Shown piece by piece: positions 46,930 to 57,107 of a stretch of DNA of 64,000 nucleotides. Under the pieces are notes generated by a model that did no database searches, had not been told where the DNA came from, and worked only from the letters and a program-made list of their open reading frames with translations. Each line of letters starts with the position of its first letter. Positions within the stretch are counted from its first letter, which is position 1. Location of the stretch: positions 64,001 through 128,000 of the IMG/VR virus record IMGVR_UViG_3300030329_003470; one strand, given 5' to 3'. The stretch comes from a virus. The position numbers and the translations under genes are program-made.

Positions 46930-47244
46930 ATGAATATTGGCGAACTAAAACAAAAAGCAGATCTATCTTTCGATATTACAGTCGCAAAGAAAAATGCACT
47001 AGAACGTGCAGAATCAAGACAGATAATTGCATACAACGGACATCTTTTCCGTGCAGACCCGCAAACTATCTGTTTGGTAAAAACTTTAAATGAACAAAAA
47101 GATACTTTCTTTGTACTAGACACAAATAGTAATCCTTGTGAGATAAAAGATCCTGCTGAATTTCTCAACAAACTTATAGAACGGAATCAAGAGACGCTCA
47201 ATGCTTATCACCAAATAAACGAAGAATTCGTAAAAAGGAGATAG
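46930..47244 (+). CDS. Hypothetical protein (possibly DUF4376-like)
   Basis: 104 aa with YNG.LF.AD..T and ...DT.SN pattern; first gene of the operon. Confidence 0.45.
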   Translation: MNIGELKQKADLSFDITVAKKNALERAESRQIIAYNGHLFRADPQTICLVKTLNEQKDTFFVLDTNSNPCEIKDPAEFLNKLIERNQETLNAYHQINEEFVKRR

Positions 47245-47245
47245 T

Positions 47246-47995
47246 ATGTCAAAAGGTGTTTTGTTGTTCTGTTTTAATACAGAAACTTGCGAGTATCATC
47301 GTATCGCTGAACGTTGTGTTGAACTAATTAAAAAAAATCTTAAACTAGAAATCACAATAGTAACAAATTTTGAAACTTTTAAAAAGTTTAAGCCTCTCGG
47401 CATGATCAATTATAGAATGATTGAGAACGAAACTGGAAATAAAAGACTCAATGAACAATGGCATAATTTAGATAGATGCCATGCATATGATTTATCTCCA
47501 TATGATACAACACTTTTAATGGATATTGATTATCTTCCATTTACAGATAATCTTTTAGAATACTTTAATGTTGACGAAGATTTTTTAATACACGACAAAA
47601 TACACGATTTAACTAATAAGGGTGTTTACAATTTTAGAAACAATTCAATTATTCCAATGCTATGGGCAACTGTTATTATTTTTAAAAAAACAGACAGAGC
47701 AAAAAGAATATTTGACACAGTAAAATATGTAAAACAATATTATCAACATTTTTGCGATTTATATAGAGTGGATTTTCGTAACTTTAGAAACGATTATGCT
47801 TTTTCAGTTGCTGTAAATCAAGTTAATGGACATACGCAACAAAAATTTTTACCTGGTAAGTTGCCAACTTTGCCTGGAATAGCAAAAGTTTTAGAAATTA
47901 CTGACACAGGTATTGTGTTTAAGTATGATGACAAAATTAATTACATAGAAAATCAAGATGTACACATCTTAGACAAGGAGATTGCAAATGTCTAA
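47246..47995 (+). CDS. GT-A fold glycosyltransferase-like protein (GT8-like)
   Basis: GVLLF, LSPYD.TLLMDIDY (DxD), WATVIIFKK and RNDYAFSVA. Confidence 0.65.
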   Translation: MSKGVLLFCFNTETCEYHRIAERCVELIKKNLKLEITIVTNFETFKKFKPLGMINYRMIENETGNKRLNEQWHNLDRCHAYDLSPYDTTLLMDIDYLPFTDNLLEYFNVDEDFLIHDKIHDLTNKGVYNFRNNSIIPMLWATVIIFKKTDRAKRIFDTVKYVKQYYQHFCDLYRVDFRNFRNDYAFSVAVNQVNGHTQQKFLPGKLPTLPGIAKVLEITDTGIVFKYDDKINYIENQDVHILDKEIANV

Positions 47996-48773
47996 AGGTT
48001 TTTTATGGTTCTGCCAGAACACTGACAAAGTAGATTATGTAAAATGCAGTATAGAGTTAGCAAAATCAATTAAAAAGTTTAATAAAGAAAATAATATTTG
48101 TGTTGTAACTGATAAAACGTTTGAATCAGAATACATTGACGTTGTAAAAGTAATGAACGCAGATGAAAGTGCTGAACATGAAGTAAAATGGGCAAATGAG
48201 TACAAAGCATTTCAATTATCACCTTTTACACACACAATTAAATTAGAATCTGATATGTTATGGACACAAAATACTGATTGGTGGTGGCATCATTTGTGGC
48301 AACACGATTTAGTATTTGCAGTTGACTGTAAAGATTACAAAGACAACACAATTAAAGACACAACTTACAGAAAATTATTTGTTAGAAACAATTTGCCAAA
48401 CATTTATAATGGTTTAAGTTATTTTAGAAGAAGTATTACAGCAAAAAACTTTTTTGATTTATGTGAAGTAATTACAAAAAACTGGCAAAAAGTGCGTGAT
48501 ACTGTATTAATTGGTTGCCATGACAAGTATCCAAGTACAGATGTTGTTTATGCACTTGCTTATAGAATAATTGATCCCACACAAAAACAATTAATTGACT
48601 ATCCATGGTTTAAGTTTATTCATAATAAACCTGCAATACAAGGAAATAATACTGATTATCTAATGCCAATAAAATTAAACAACAAAATTATAGTAGGCAC
48701 TCAAAGATTACATAGAGTATGGCATTATTTGGACAAAAATTTAACGGAGGAATTAGATGCCGGGGTTTTTTGA
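47988..48773 (+). CDS. Second GT-A-like protein (paralog of 47246)
   Basis: KGFL..CQN..DY...LAKS, LSPF..TIKLESDML, Y.GLSYF and STDVVYALA. Confidence 0.6.
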   Translation: MSKGFLWFCQNTDKVDYVKCSIELAKSIKKFNKENNICVVTDKTFESEYIDVVKVMNADESAEHEVKWANEYKAFQLSPFTHTIKLESDMLWTQNTDWWWHHLWQHDLVFAVDCKDYKDNTIKDTTYRKLFVRNNLPNIYNGLSYFRRSITAKNFFDLCEVITKNWQKVRDTVLIGCHDKYPSTDVVYALAYRIIDPTQKQLIDYPWFKFIHNKPAIQGNNTDYLMPIKLNNKIIVGTQRLHRVWHYLDKNLTEELDAGVF

Positions 48774-49056
48774 AGCATTAGAAAATTCTAAACCAATAGA
48801 AAAAGTTCACACAGTTACTATACAAGGACAAAGTGTTGTAGTAACTTTAGAAAAGAAATTAGAAGTAATGCGACATGGAGAAGATGCGTATATGTGGAAA
48901 ACAGCAACTGAATTTGTGCTTAAACCACCGCCAAAGATTTTGCCACGATACAAAACTTTGAAAAAAACAGAAGAAAAAGGATATGAATTTTATAATAATG
49001 ATCCGTTTTATCCAAAAGGTATTGTAGAGGGAGGATTTAAATGGGTGCGAGAGTAA
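48757..49056 (+). CDS. Hypothetical protein
   Basis: 99 aa, overlapping both neighbours within the operon. Confidence 0.55.
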   Translation: MPGFFEALENSKPIEKVHTVTIQGQSVVVTLEKKLEVMRHGEDAYMWKTATEFVLKPPPKILPRYKTLKKTEEKGYEFYNNDPFYPKGIVEGGFKWVRE

Positions 49057-49940
49057 GAGTTTCAGATCTAGATTTTGTTTACATAAGTTACCTAGAGCCA
49101 AACAGAGAAGAAAATTGGGCAGATTTAAAAAATAAAGTGCCATGGGCAAAAAGAGTAGACGGAGTTGTAGGATTTGATTCTGCACACAAGGCCGCGGCGG
49201 AAAAAGCAGAAACAGATTTCTTTATATCAGTTGACGGTGATAATATTCTTGATGAAAGTTTTTTATTACAAACATTAGATTGGGATAAAACAAATCCAAA
49301 AGCAGTACATAGATGGAGAGCAAAAAATAATGTTAATGGTTTAATTTATGGAAATGGTGGATTAGTAGGATGGCCACGTGAAACTTGTTTGCAAATGCAA
49401 ACGCACGAAAACGCCAAAGATAAAAAAGCAGAAATAGACTTTTGTTGGACTGTGCCACATGAAAATTTAGCAAGTTGTTATTCAACCACTGTAATCAATA
49501 GTACAAAATCACAGGCATGGGTTGCTGGATACAGAGAAGGTGTTAAAATGAGTTTGGAACAAGGTGAACATATACCACCTATGGATTTTAATAAAAAAAT
49601 TTGGCCACAAAATTTAAGGATATTAACAACATGGATGACAATAGGTGCTGATGTTGAATACGGAAAGTATGCCATGTTGGGTGCAAGGATGGGTTGTTAT
49701 TCAACAACAGTTAACACAAACGAATGGATTCAGATTAGAGATTTAGAAAAAATGTCTGACTTGTATCATAATGCTGTTATTGAAGATAACATAGACGAAG
49801 ATTTAAAATTATACGGTGAAAGTTTAAGAAGACAATTAGATATACCAGTATCAGATTTAGACGAATATCAAAGTAAATTTTTTAAGTTTGTAATGCCACA
49901 AAAAAACAATAAAGGAGTGCAAGATCGTGAGTACCAGTGA
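49041..49940 (+). CDS. GT2-like glycosyltransferase
   Basis: DFVYISY.EP, AH..AA..A.TDFF..VDGDN (DxD), N.VNGL.YGNGG and AW..G.REGVKM. Confidence 0.65.
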   Translation: MGARVRVSDLDFVYISYLEPNREENWADLKNKVPWAKRVDGVVGFDSAHKAAAEKAETDFFISVDGDNILDESFLLQTLDWDKTNPKAVHRWRAKNNVNGLIYGNGGLVGWPRETCLQMQTHENAKDKKAEIDFCWTVPHENLASCYSTTVINSTKSQAWVAGYREGVKMSLEQGEHIPPMDFNKKIWPQNLRILTTWMTIGADVEYGKYAMLGARMGCYSTTVNTNEWIQIRDLEKMSDLYHNAVIEDNIDEDLKLYGESLRRQLDIPVSDLDEYQSKFFKFVMPQKNNKGVQDREYQ

Positions 49941-51297
49941 TTATAAATCAGATGCTATGATGGCACAAAAGAAACTTGAAGAAGTTTCTCCTACGTTTTG
50001 CCTAGCAAAATGGAATCAAGTTTCATTACATCTACCAACTGGATTAACAAACAGTTGTTATCATCCGCCTTTGCACAAAATAGATGCCGCACAGTTGAAA
50101 AATAATCCTGCGGCACTGCACAACACTGCAGAAAAACTAGATCAAAGATTTAAAATGCTTCAAGGAGAACGTCCAGACGGGTGTTCTTATTGCTGGAAGA
50201 TAGAAGACACAGGACAAATGTCAGATCGACATTATCGTTCTGGAGAACCATGGGCAATGGAAGACTTTGAAGCAATTAAACAGAATCCAATGACCACAAG
50301 TTGGACCCCTAGGTACGTGGAAGTTAATTTTAACCATGCTTGTAATTTCAAGTGTAGTTATTGTTCGCCACAATTTTCCACTACCTGGGGTAAAGAAACA
50401 GAGCGTTATGGGGAGTTTCCAACCACACCTCCTCATAATGCTCCTGAACACTTCCAAGGCAGAAATCGTCCTATACCTAACAGAGAAGACAATCCTTATG
50501 TAGATGCTTTCTGGAAGTGGTGGCCAACATTGTACAAAAATTTAAAACATTTTAGAATGACAGGTGGAGAACCCATGATGGATCATAACACATACAAAGT
50601 ATTTCAGTACGTTATAGATCATCCCAAAGACGATTTACACTTGAATATCACAAGTAATATGTGTCCGCCAGATCCTAAATTAAAACAAAAGTATTTTAAT
50701 ATGTTACAAACCATATGTTTACAAGAGAAAGTGGAACACGTGATGCAGTTTGTAAGTGTAGATACATGGGGCAAACAAGCAGAGTATATACGTAACGGTT
50801 TGAATTTTAACTACATGATGGATAATGTGGAAGAATTTTTAGAACGTATTCCACATCGTAATTCCATAACCTTTATAATCACTTACAACAATTTAAGTGT
50901 TACAGGACTAGACAAATTATTAGCAAAGATACTCGAACTACGTAAAAAATATTCAAAAGATTATCAACGTGTATGGTTTGACATACCGTTATTAAGACAA
51001 CCTAAATGGCAACAGATAACATTATTGCCTGAGTCATATCAGGCTATACACGAAGCCAACATAGAATATATGAGAGAAAATTCTGGAGAGGACAAAGGAT
51101 TACACATATTCAAAGACTTTGAGATTCAAAAAATGCTACGCAATCTTGCTTACTGGAAAAAAAACGCAGACGCTAGTGCTGAACAAAAAAGAAACTTTTA
51201 CGCATTTTTTAACGAACACGATCGTAGACGTAGAACTAACTTTTTAAACACATTTCCAGAAATGGAAGAATTTTGGGTGGAGTGTAAAAACGCATGA
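49927..51297 (+). CDS. Radical SAM enzyme 1 with N-terminal Twitch/SPASM-like domain
   Basis: CNFKCSYC (CxxxCxxC), TGGEP; N-terminal FCLAKW..SCYH..GCSYCW. Confidence 0.88.
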   Translation: MSTSDYKSDAMMAQKKLEEVSPTFCLAKWNQVSLHLPTGLTNSCYHPPLHKIDAAQLKNNPAALHNTAEKLDQRFKMLQGERPDGCSYCWKIEDTGQMSDRHYRSGEPWAMEDFEAIKQNPMTTSWTPRYVEVNFNHACNFKCSYCSPQFSTTWGKETERYGEFPTTPPHNAPEHFQGRNRPIPNREDNPYVDAFWKWWPTLYKNLKHFRMTGGEPMMDHNTYKVFQYVIDHPKDDLHLNITSNMCPPDPKLKQKYFNMLQTICLQEKVEHVMQFVSVDTWGKQAEYIRNGLNFNYMMDNVEEFLERIPHRNSITFIITYNNLSVTGLDKLLAKILELRKKYSKDYQRVWFDIPLLRQPKWQQITLLPESYQAIHEANIEYMRENSGEDKGLHIFKDFEIQKMLRNLAYWKKNADASAEQKRNFYAFFNEHDRRRRTNFLNTFPEMEEFWVECKNA

Positions 51298-52025
51298 AAA
51301 AAATAATAACAGCAGGTTGTAGTTTTACAAAATATAAATGGCCTTGTTGGTCTTCATACGTAAGTTGGTTTGAGCCTGAATATAATGTTGTTAATATTGG
51401 AGCATCTGGTAGTTCAAACGAAACAATTATGCGTTCAGTATACAATGCTGTAAACAAATGGAGTAATGTAGAAAAAGTTTATATTATGTGGTCAGAACCA
51501 AACAGATACGAAGTAGTTCATAATAAAATTGATACGTCAGTTAAAAAAGACGAATCAGTTACGTATTCTAGATGGGACCAGGATTTTGATTGGAATACCT
51601 TTTATGGTGGACATTATTATAAAGACAAGCATGAATATTATGTGCGTCATTTTCAGAATGAAAGACAAAACGATATTCGTATACTTGAAAGAATACTGTT
51701 TACACAAATGTATTTAGAAAAACATAATATTGAATATAAGATGATGTGTTATAAAGGTATTATTATTGCACACGATCAAAATGAAATGACTAACGGACAA
51801 AGAGCCTTGTACAATAAAATTGATTGGAATAAATTTATATTTTATAACAAATTTTACGGATTAAATGAATTTGCTGAAGACAACTGGCAAGATCAGTTTA
51901 ATAAACCAAATGACGAACATCCATTACCTCTTGCACACTATCATTGGGTAAAAGATGTTATGTATAAAAGTGATATTAAATGTCCTGATAAGGAATATGA
52001 GAAATTGAAACAATGGAAGATCTAG
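51294..52025 (+). CDS. SGNH/GDSL-hydrolase-like protein
   Basis: AGCSFT (block I), GASGSSN (block II) and DEHP (block V). Confidence 0.55.
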   Translation: MKKIITAGCSFTKYKWPCWSSYVSWFEPEYNVVNIGASGSSNETIMRSVYNAVNKWSNVEKVYIMWSEPNRYEVVHNKIDTSVKKDESVTYSRWDQDFDWNTFYGGHYYKDKHEYYVRHFQNERQNDIRILERILFTQMYLEKHNIEYKMMCYKGIIIAHDQNEMTNGQRALYNKIDWNKFIFYNKFYGLNEFAEDNWQDQFNKPNDEHPLPLAHYHWVKDVMYKSDIKCPDKEYEKLKQWKI

Positions 52026-53356
52026 AATATAAAAAACAAATATTAGATACCAAGTCAGCAAGTTTTTGTGGTGCTAAATGGTTTAATGCGACTATATGGT
52101 TGGGCAGTGGTATGACCACAAGTTGTCATCACCCGTTACCACACAAAATAGATTTAGAAGAAATAAAAACAAATCCAAGTGCTATACACAATACTAAAGA
52201 AAAGAAAGAACAACGTAGACAAATGCAGTGTGGAGAAAGACCTGCTGGTTGCGAATATTGTTGGAAGATTGAAGATATAGGTAGAGATGCTATAAGTGAT
52301 AGAGTATATAAATCAAAAATATTTGACAATAATCATTTAAATGAAGCATTTAATGAAAGTCATAATATTGATTGGAACTTAAAAACTTTAGAAATAGCAT
52401 TTGATAGGACTTGTAATTTTGCTTGTTCTTACTGCAATCCTGCATTCAGTACAACATGGGCAAGAGATATTAAACAAAAAGGTCCATACACAGATATGAC
52501 TACAGACGGAAGAAATCATTTTACTCACAGTCATGAATCAGCAGAGCCTTACAAAAAGGATGAAACCAATCCATATGTTGAAGCATTTTACACTTGGTGG
52601 GAAACAGATTTACACAAAAGTTTAGATGAATTAAGAATAACAGGGGGTGAACCAATGATGTCACCTAACTTATGGAGACTGTTAGATTGGATAGAAACAC
52701 AAGGACACAGAATGAATCCGCGTATGCGTATTGCAATTAATTCTAATTTAGGTGCAAAACAAGATATTATAGATCGTTTTAAAAAGAAATTAAAAAACTT
52801 TGATAGATTTCATTTGTATACTAGTAACGAAGCAACATTTAGACAAGCAGAATATATTAGAGACGGATTAAATTATGGAGATTGGTATAGTCAAGTGTTA
52901 CACATGATGGTTGATAAAGTACCAGCAGAAATTCACAATATGTGTACAATCAATGCATTGTGTTTAGAATCACTGGCTGAATTTTTAGAAAAAATTGTAT
53001 GGTTAAAAAATGCAAGTAAGGTTTACGGACCAACAATAAATTATACACTTAATATTTTAAGGTTTCCAAGTTTTCAATCTCCTCTTGTACTACCAGACGA
53101 CTTAAGAAATAAATTTAAGACCGATATTGAACAGTTTTTAAATAATAATAAGAAACATTTAGAAGAGATGGAGATTAACCACACACAAAGATTAATTGAT
53201 TATTTAGATGTTGTTAAAACACCACACGCTGGTGCGGCAGAAAGAGAAAAATTACAGAAAGATTTTAAAACATTTTATAGTCAATATGATAAAAGAAGAG
53301 GAAAGGACTTTGAAAAAACTTTCCCAATTATAGGAGAATGGTACCGTGGCATATGA
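52013..53356 (+). CDS. Radical SAM enzyme 2 (close paralog of enzyme 1)
   Basis: CNFACSYC, TGGEP; N-terminal FCGAKW..SCHH..GCEYCW. Confidence 0.88.
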   Translation: MEDLEYKKQILDTKSASFCGAKWFNATIWLGSGMTTSCHHPLPHKIDLEEIKTNPSAIHNTKEKKEQRRQMQCGERPAGCEYCWKIEDIGRDAISDRVYKSKIFDNNHLNEAFNESHNIDWNLKTLEIAFDRTCNFACSYCNPAFSTTWARDIKQKGPYTDMTTDGRNHFTHSHESAEPYKKDETNPYVEAFYTWWETDLHKSLDELRITGGEPMMSPNLWRLLDWIETQGHRMNPRMRIAINSNLGAKQDIIDRFKKKLKNFDRFHLYTSNEATFRQAEYIRDGLNYGDWYSQVLHMMVDKVPAEIHNMCTINALCLESLAEFLEKIVWLKNASKVYGPTINYTLNILRFPSFQSPLVLPDDLRNKFKTDIEQFLNNNKKHLEEMEINHTQRLIDYLDVVKTPHAGAAEREKLQKDFKTFYSQYDKRRGKDFEKTFPIIGEWYRGI

Positions 53357-54644
53357 GTATGGGGCAAAAGAGCCTGAAAAATTAAAGATTAAAGACATGA
53401 CCCCTAAAGAAAAGGAGTTGTTAATAGATTCGGAAACGTTCTGTATGTTACCGTGGATGCACCTTCACGCATATCCAGATGGTAGAGCATACCCTTGTTG
53501 TTTTGCATTTGATCCTTACCCTGTTGGCGATTTAAACAAACAAAGTTTAAAAGAAGTATTCAACGGTGAAAAAATGAAAAAGATGAGGTTAAGAATGTTG
53601 AATAACAAAAAATCACGTGAGTGTTTGAAATGTTACGATCAAGAAAAATCTGGATTCTTTTCATTACGTTTAAGTTCTAATAAACATTTTGGTCACAACG
53701 TACCTTTAGTACATAACACTCTACCAGACGGTACTGCTGATTTTGTAATGAAGTATTGGGATATAAGGTTTAGCAATCTCTGTAATATGGCTTGTAGAAG
53801 TTGTGGTACGTGGTTCAGTTCTAATTGGTATGAAGATCATAAAAAATTAACTGGTGCACCACCGCCCCATGCAAAAATAATGAAAGTTGGTAGAACTACT
53901 AATGATATGTGGGAGCAGATGTTAGAATCATTTGAACATTCTGAACAGTTTTATTTTGCAGGTGGAGAACCAATTATAATGGAGGAGCATTATAGAATAT
54001 TAAAAGAGTTAGATAAACGTAAAATGTATCACGTAAGATTAATTTATAATACTAATTTTAGTAAAACAAAATTTAAAGATATTGATGTATTTGAGTTATG
54101 GAATAAATTTGATTCGGTTTCAGTTGGTGCAAGTTTAGATGCAGAAGGACCAAGAGCAGAATTAATGCGTAAAGGAACTAAATGGGAAGAAACTATTGCT
54201 AATAGAAAAAGAATGATGGAAGTTTGTCCACAAGTTGATTTTTATATTAGTTCAACTGTTGGATTGACTAATAGTTTACACGTGTGTGACTTTCATAAAA
54301 GTTGGGTAGAACAAGGATTAATAAAACCACAAGACTTTAATTTTAATTTGTTACAGCACCCTATTTGGCAAAGAATGGATATACTACCACCAGAACACAA
54401 ACAGCGAGTAAAAGAAAGATATGAAGAACATTTTGTATGGTTAAAAAATCAAGATCCGCTAACAAGAGCAACTAAAGGATTTGAATCTGCATTAGATTGG
54501 ATGTTTAAAACTGATAATCAAAAACATTTAGAATTATTCTTTGCTAATACAAAAAGATATGATGAAATAAGAAATGAAAATACCATAGAAGTATTTCCAG
54601 AATGGAAAGAATTATTTGACAAATATGATAAGAATAAAACCTAA
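53346..54644 (+). CDS. Radical SAM enzyme 3 with N-terminal Twitch/SPASM-like domain
   Basis: CNMACRSC, AGGEP; N-terminal FCMLPW..DG..YPCC..ECLKCY. Confidence 0.88.
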   Translation: MAYEYGAKEPEKLKIKDMTPKEKELLIDSETFCMLPWMHLHAYPDGRAYPCCFAFDPYPVGDLNKQSLKEVFNGEKMKKMRLRMLNNKKSRECLKCYDQEKSGFFSLRLSSNKHFGHNVPLVHNTLPDGTADFVMKYWDIRFSNLCNMACRSCGTWFSSNWYEDHKKLTGAPPPHAKIMKVGRTTNDMWEQMLESFEHSEQFYFAGGEPIIMEEHYRILKELDKRKMYHVRLIYNTNFSKTKFKDIDVFELWNKFDSVSVGASLDAEGPRAELMRKGTKWEETIANRKRMMEVCPQVDFYISSTVGLTNSLHVCDFHKSWVEQGLIKPQDFNFNLLQHPIWQRMDILPPEHKQRVKERYEEHFVWLKNQDPLTRATKGFESALDWMFKTDNQKHLELFFANTKRYDEIRNENTIEVFPEWKELFDKYDKNKT

Positions 54645-55959
54645 AGACGGTAATAAAACATTTTGTATGGCACCATGGACACATACATATCTTTCTCCAC
54701 AAATGGAAAGACGATTATGTTGTGCAAGTAGAGAAAAATCTACAAATTTTAAACAATATATTGATTTAGAAAATAAAGACAAGCAATCAGAAAAATTACA
54801 TTTATTAACTGCTAAAGAACATTGGAATTCTGATTATATGAAAGATGCAAGAGTTAAACTTATGGCAGGGAAAGAAATTGATGCCTGTGCCGCTTGTAAT
54901 TATAAGTTGTTAAATGCTCAGGTTTATAGACAACATTTTAATAGATTTTATGCAAATCAAATAGATGAAGCATTTGAAAAAACACGAGATGATGGACATA
55001 CAGATATGGAAATTACAAGTTGGGATTATAGATTTTCTAATTTATGTAACTTTAGTTGTAGAATGTGCGGGGATATGTTATCAAGTACTTGGGAAACTGA
55101 AAATAAAAAACATGGCAGAGCAGATTATTATGAAAATGATAGAATATGGGGTAGAAAAGATATTAAAGAACAATTACAAAAATTTCATGATCAACAAGTT
55201 GTAAAAGAATTTATGGAGGCTGTAGAAAATAAAACAATAAAAGAATTTTATTGGTGCGGTGGAGAACCTTTAATGTGGAAAATACACTGGACTGCTATGC
55301 AAAGAGTAATAGATTTAGGTTATGCTGATCAAGTACTTGCAAGATATAATTCAAATATGAGTCGTATACAATTTTATAAGAAAAATTTATTTGATGACGT
55401 ATTAAGTAAATTTCAACATTGGCAAATAAATGCATCAATTGACGGAACAGGAGAAATAGGCGAGTACATAAGAACTGGTTTAAAATATGACGAATGGTTA
55501 GCAAATATGAAATATGCTAGAAAGTTTATTACACAACCAAGACAATTACAATTAGATTTAACAATTACATTGCCGGGATTATTTGATTTAGAAAATATGT
55601 ACGAATTACATAAAGAATTAAATGTTCCAATATTGGGTAAAAAAGTTTTTAATTTTAGTCCAGATGCATTTATGGCCCCAAACTTTATGCCTAAACATTT
55701 ATTGCATCTAATGGTTGATAAGGTCCAAAATAAATTAGCAAATGAAAGAAAAACAATTCATAATTTAGCCTTTTTAGAAAGTTTAGAAGATTTAAAAAAT
55801 CATAAAACTAACGAAGAACGTTATAGTGAAGAAGAATGTAAGAAAGGGTGGAAAGATGGAAAAGCAGAATGTGAAAGATTAGACAAAATTAGAGGAACAG
55901 ATATTAAAAAAATATTAGCAAAAGAACCAGAGGTTTTAAAATGGTGGACAAGTATATAA
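54616..55959 (+). CDS. Radical SAM enzyme 4 with N-terminal Twitch/SPASM-like domain
   Basis: CNFSCRMC, CGGEP; N-terminal FCMAPW..LCC..ACAACN. Confidence 0.88.
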   Translation: MTNMIRIKPKDGNKTFCMAPWTHTYLSPQMERRLCCASREKSTNFKQYIDLENKDKQSEKLHLLTAKEHWNSDYMKDARVKLMAGKEIDACAACNYKLLNAQVYRQHFNRFYANQIDEAFEKTRDDGHTDMEITSWDYRFSNLCNFSCRMCGDMLSSTWETENKKHGRADYYENDRIWGRKDIKEQLQKFHDQQVVKEFMEAVENKTIKEFYWCGGEPLMWKIHWTAMQRVIDLGYADQVLARYNSNMSRIQFYKKNLFDDVLSKFQHWQINASIDGTGEIGEYIRTGLKYDEWLANMKYARKFITQPRQLQLDLTITLPGLFDLENMYELHKELNVPILGKKVFNFSPDAFMAPNFMPKHLLHLMVDKVQNKLANERKTIHNLAFLESLEDLKNHKTNEERYSEEECKKGWKDGKAECERLDKIRGTDIKKILAKEPEVLKWWTSI

Positions 55960-57107
55960 AATCAAATGTATGTCCATTGCCTTGGACACATTTAGAAATT
56001 GATGTAAATGGTGGAGCATCTCCTTGTTGTTTATACAAAGGTAGTATACCCGACGTAAAAGTCTATGAAACTGGTTTAAAAGAAATACAAAAACATCAGT
56101 ATATGGACAATTTAAGAACACAATTTAAAAATGGAGAAAGACCAGATGGATGTTCAAATTGTTGGGCAGAAGAAGATGCAGGTAAAACATCAAAACGTAT
56201 GAATTCAATTTATAAAATGAAAAATAGTTTAAATGATTGGTCTCCTAACAGCGAGCCGTCATTAAAATTTATAGATTTTAAGTTGGGTAACGTGTGTAAT
56301 TTAAAGTGTAGAATATGTGGCAGTTGGAGTTCTAGTAAATGGGCACAGGAAGAATTAGATTATGGAGAAAATCCAGTCGCCAAAAAAAACTTAAAAGAAG
56401 GAGGTTGGCCAAAAAGACATCCTAAATTTTTTGAGGATGTAAAAGAAGATCTTGCAGATGCAGAATATTTTGAATTTACAGGCGGTGAACCGTTCATGAT
56501 ACAAAACCATTTTAAAATTTTAGAGCATTGTGTTGAAAAAGGTTATGCTAAAAATCAAGATATACACTATAACACTAATGGAACACAATTACCGCCAAGA
56601 GAAATATTTGATTTGTGGAAACATTTTAAAAGAGTAGAAATTGCATTTAGTATTGATGACGTGGGCGAGCCATTTGAATATCAAAGGCATCCTGCAAATT
56701 GGAAAGAAGTAAATCATAATTTAAATCAGTTTAAAATATATCAAACTGCAAATATGGAGTTTCAAATATGTTCAACAATTAATATTTTTAATATTTTTAG
56801 TTTGGCAAAATTATTATTATGGGTAAGAAATTTTGATCCAAAATTCTTTTATGTTAATACTTGCTTTGATCCGCCATATTTTAATATACAAACACTGCCA
56901 AAACAAATTAAAAATATTGTTAATGCACGTTATTCTGATTTAAAAGATTTTGAAGGTACTTTAAGATATATGAATTCTGCAGATAGAGACACAGAAGAAA
57001 TAAGAAAAAAAAGAAAAGAACGTATTTTACTAGCAGACAATTACAGAAAAGAAAATTTTAGTGATGTGTTTCCACTTTTAAATAATGTGATGAGGATTTA
57101 TGACTAA
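55941..57107 (+). CDS. Radical SAM enzyme 5 with N-terminal Twitch/SPASM-like domain
   Basis: CNLKCRIC, TGGEP, TNGT; N-terminal VCPLPW..NG..SPCC..GCSNCW. Confidence 0.88.
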   Translation: MVDKYIKSNVCPLPWTHLEIDVNGGASPCCLYKGSIPDVKVYETGLKEIQKHQYMDNLRTQFKNGERPDGCSNCWAEEDAGKTSKRMNSIYKMKNSLNDWSPNSEPSLKFIDFKLGNVCNLKCRICGSWSSSKWAQEELDYGENPVAKKNLKEGGWPKRHPKFFEDVKEDLADAEYFEFTGGEPFMIQNHFKILEHCVEKGYAKNQDIHYNTNGTQLPPREIFDLWKHFKRVEIAFSIDDVGEPFEYQRHPANWKEVNHNLNQFKIYQTANMEFQICSTINIFNIFSLAKLLLWVRNFDPKFFYVNTCFDPPYFNIQTLPKQIKNIVNARYSDLKDFEGTLRYMNSADRDTEEIRKKRKERILLADNYRKENFSDVFPLLNNVMRIYD

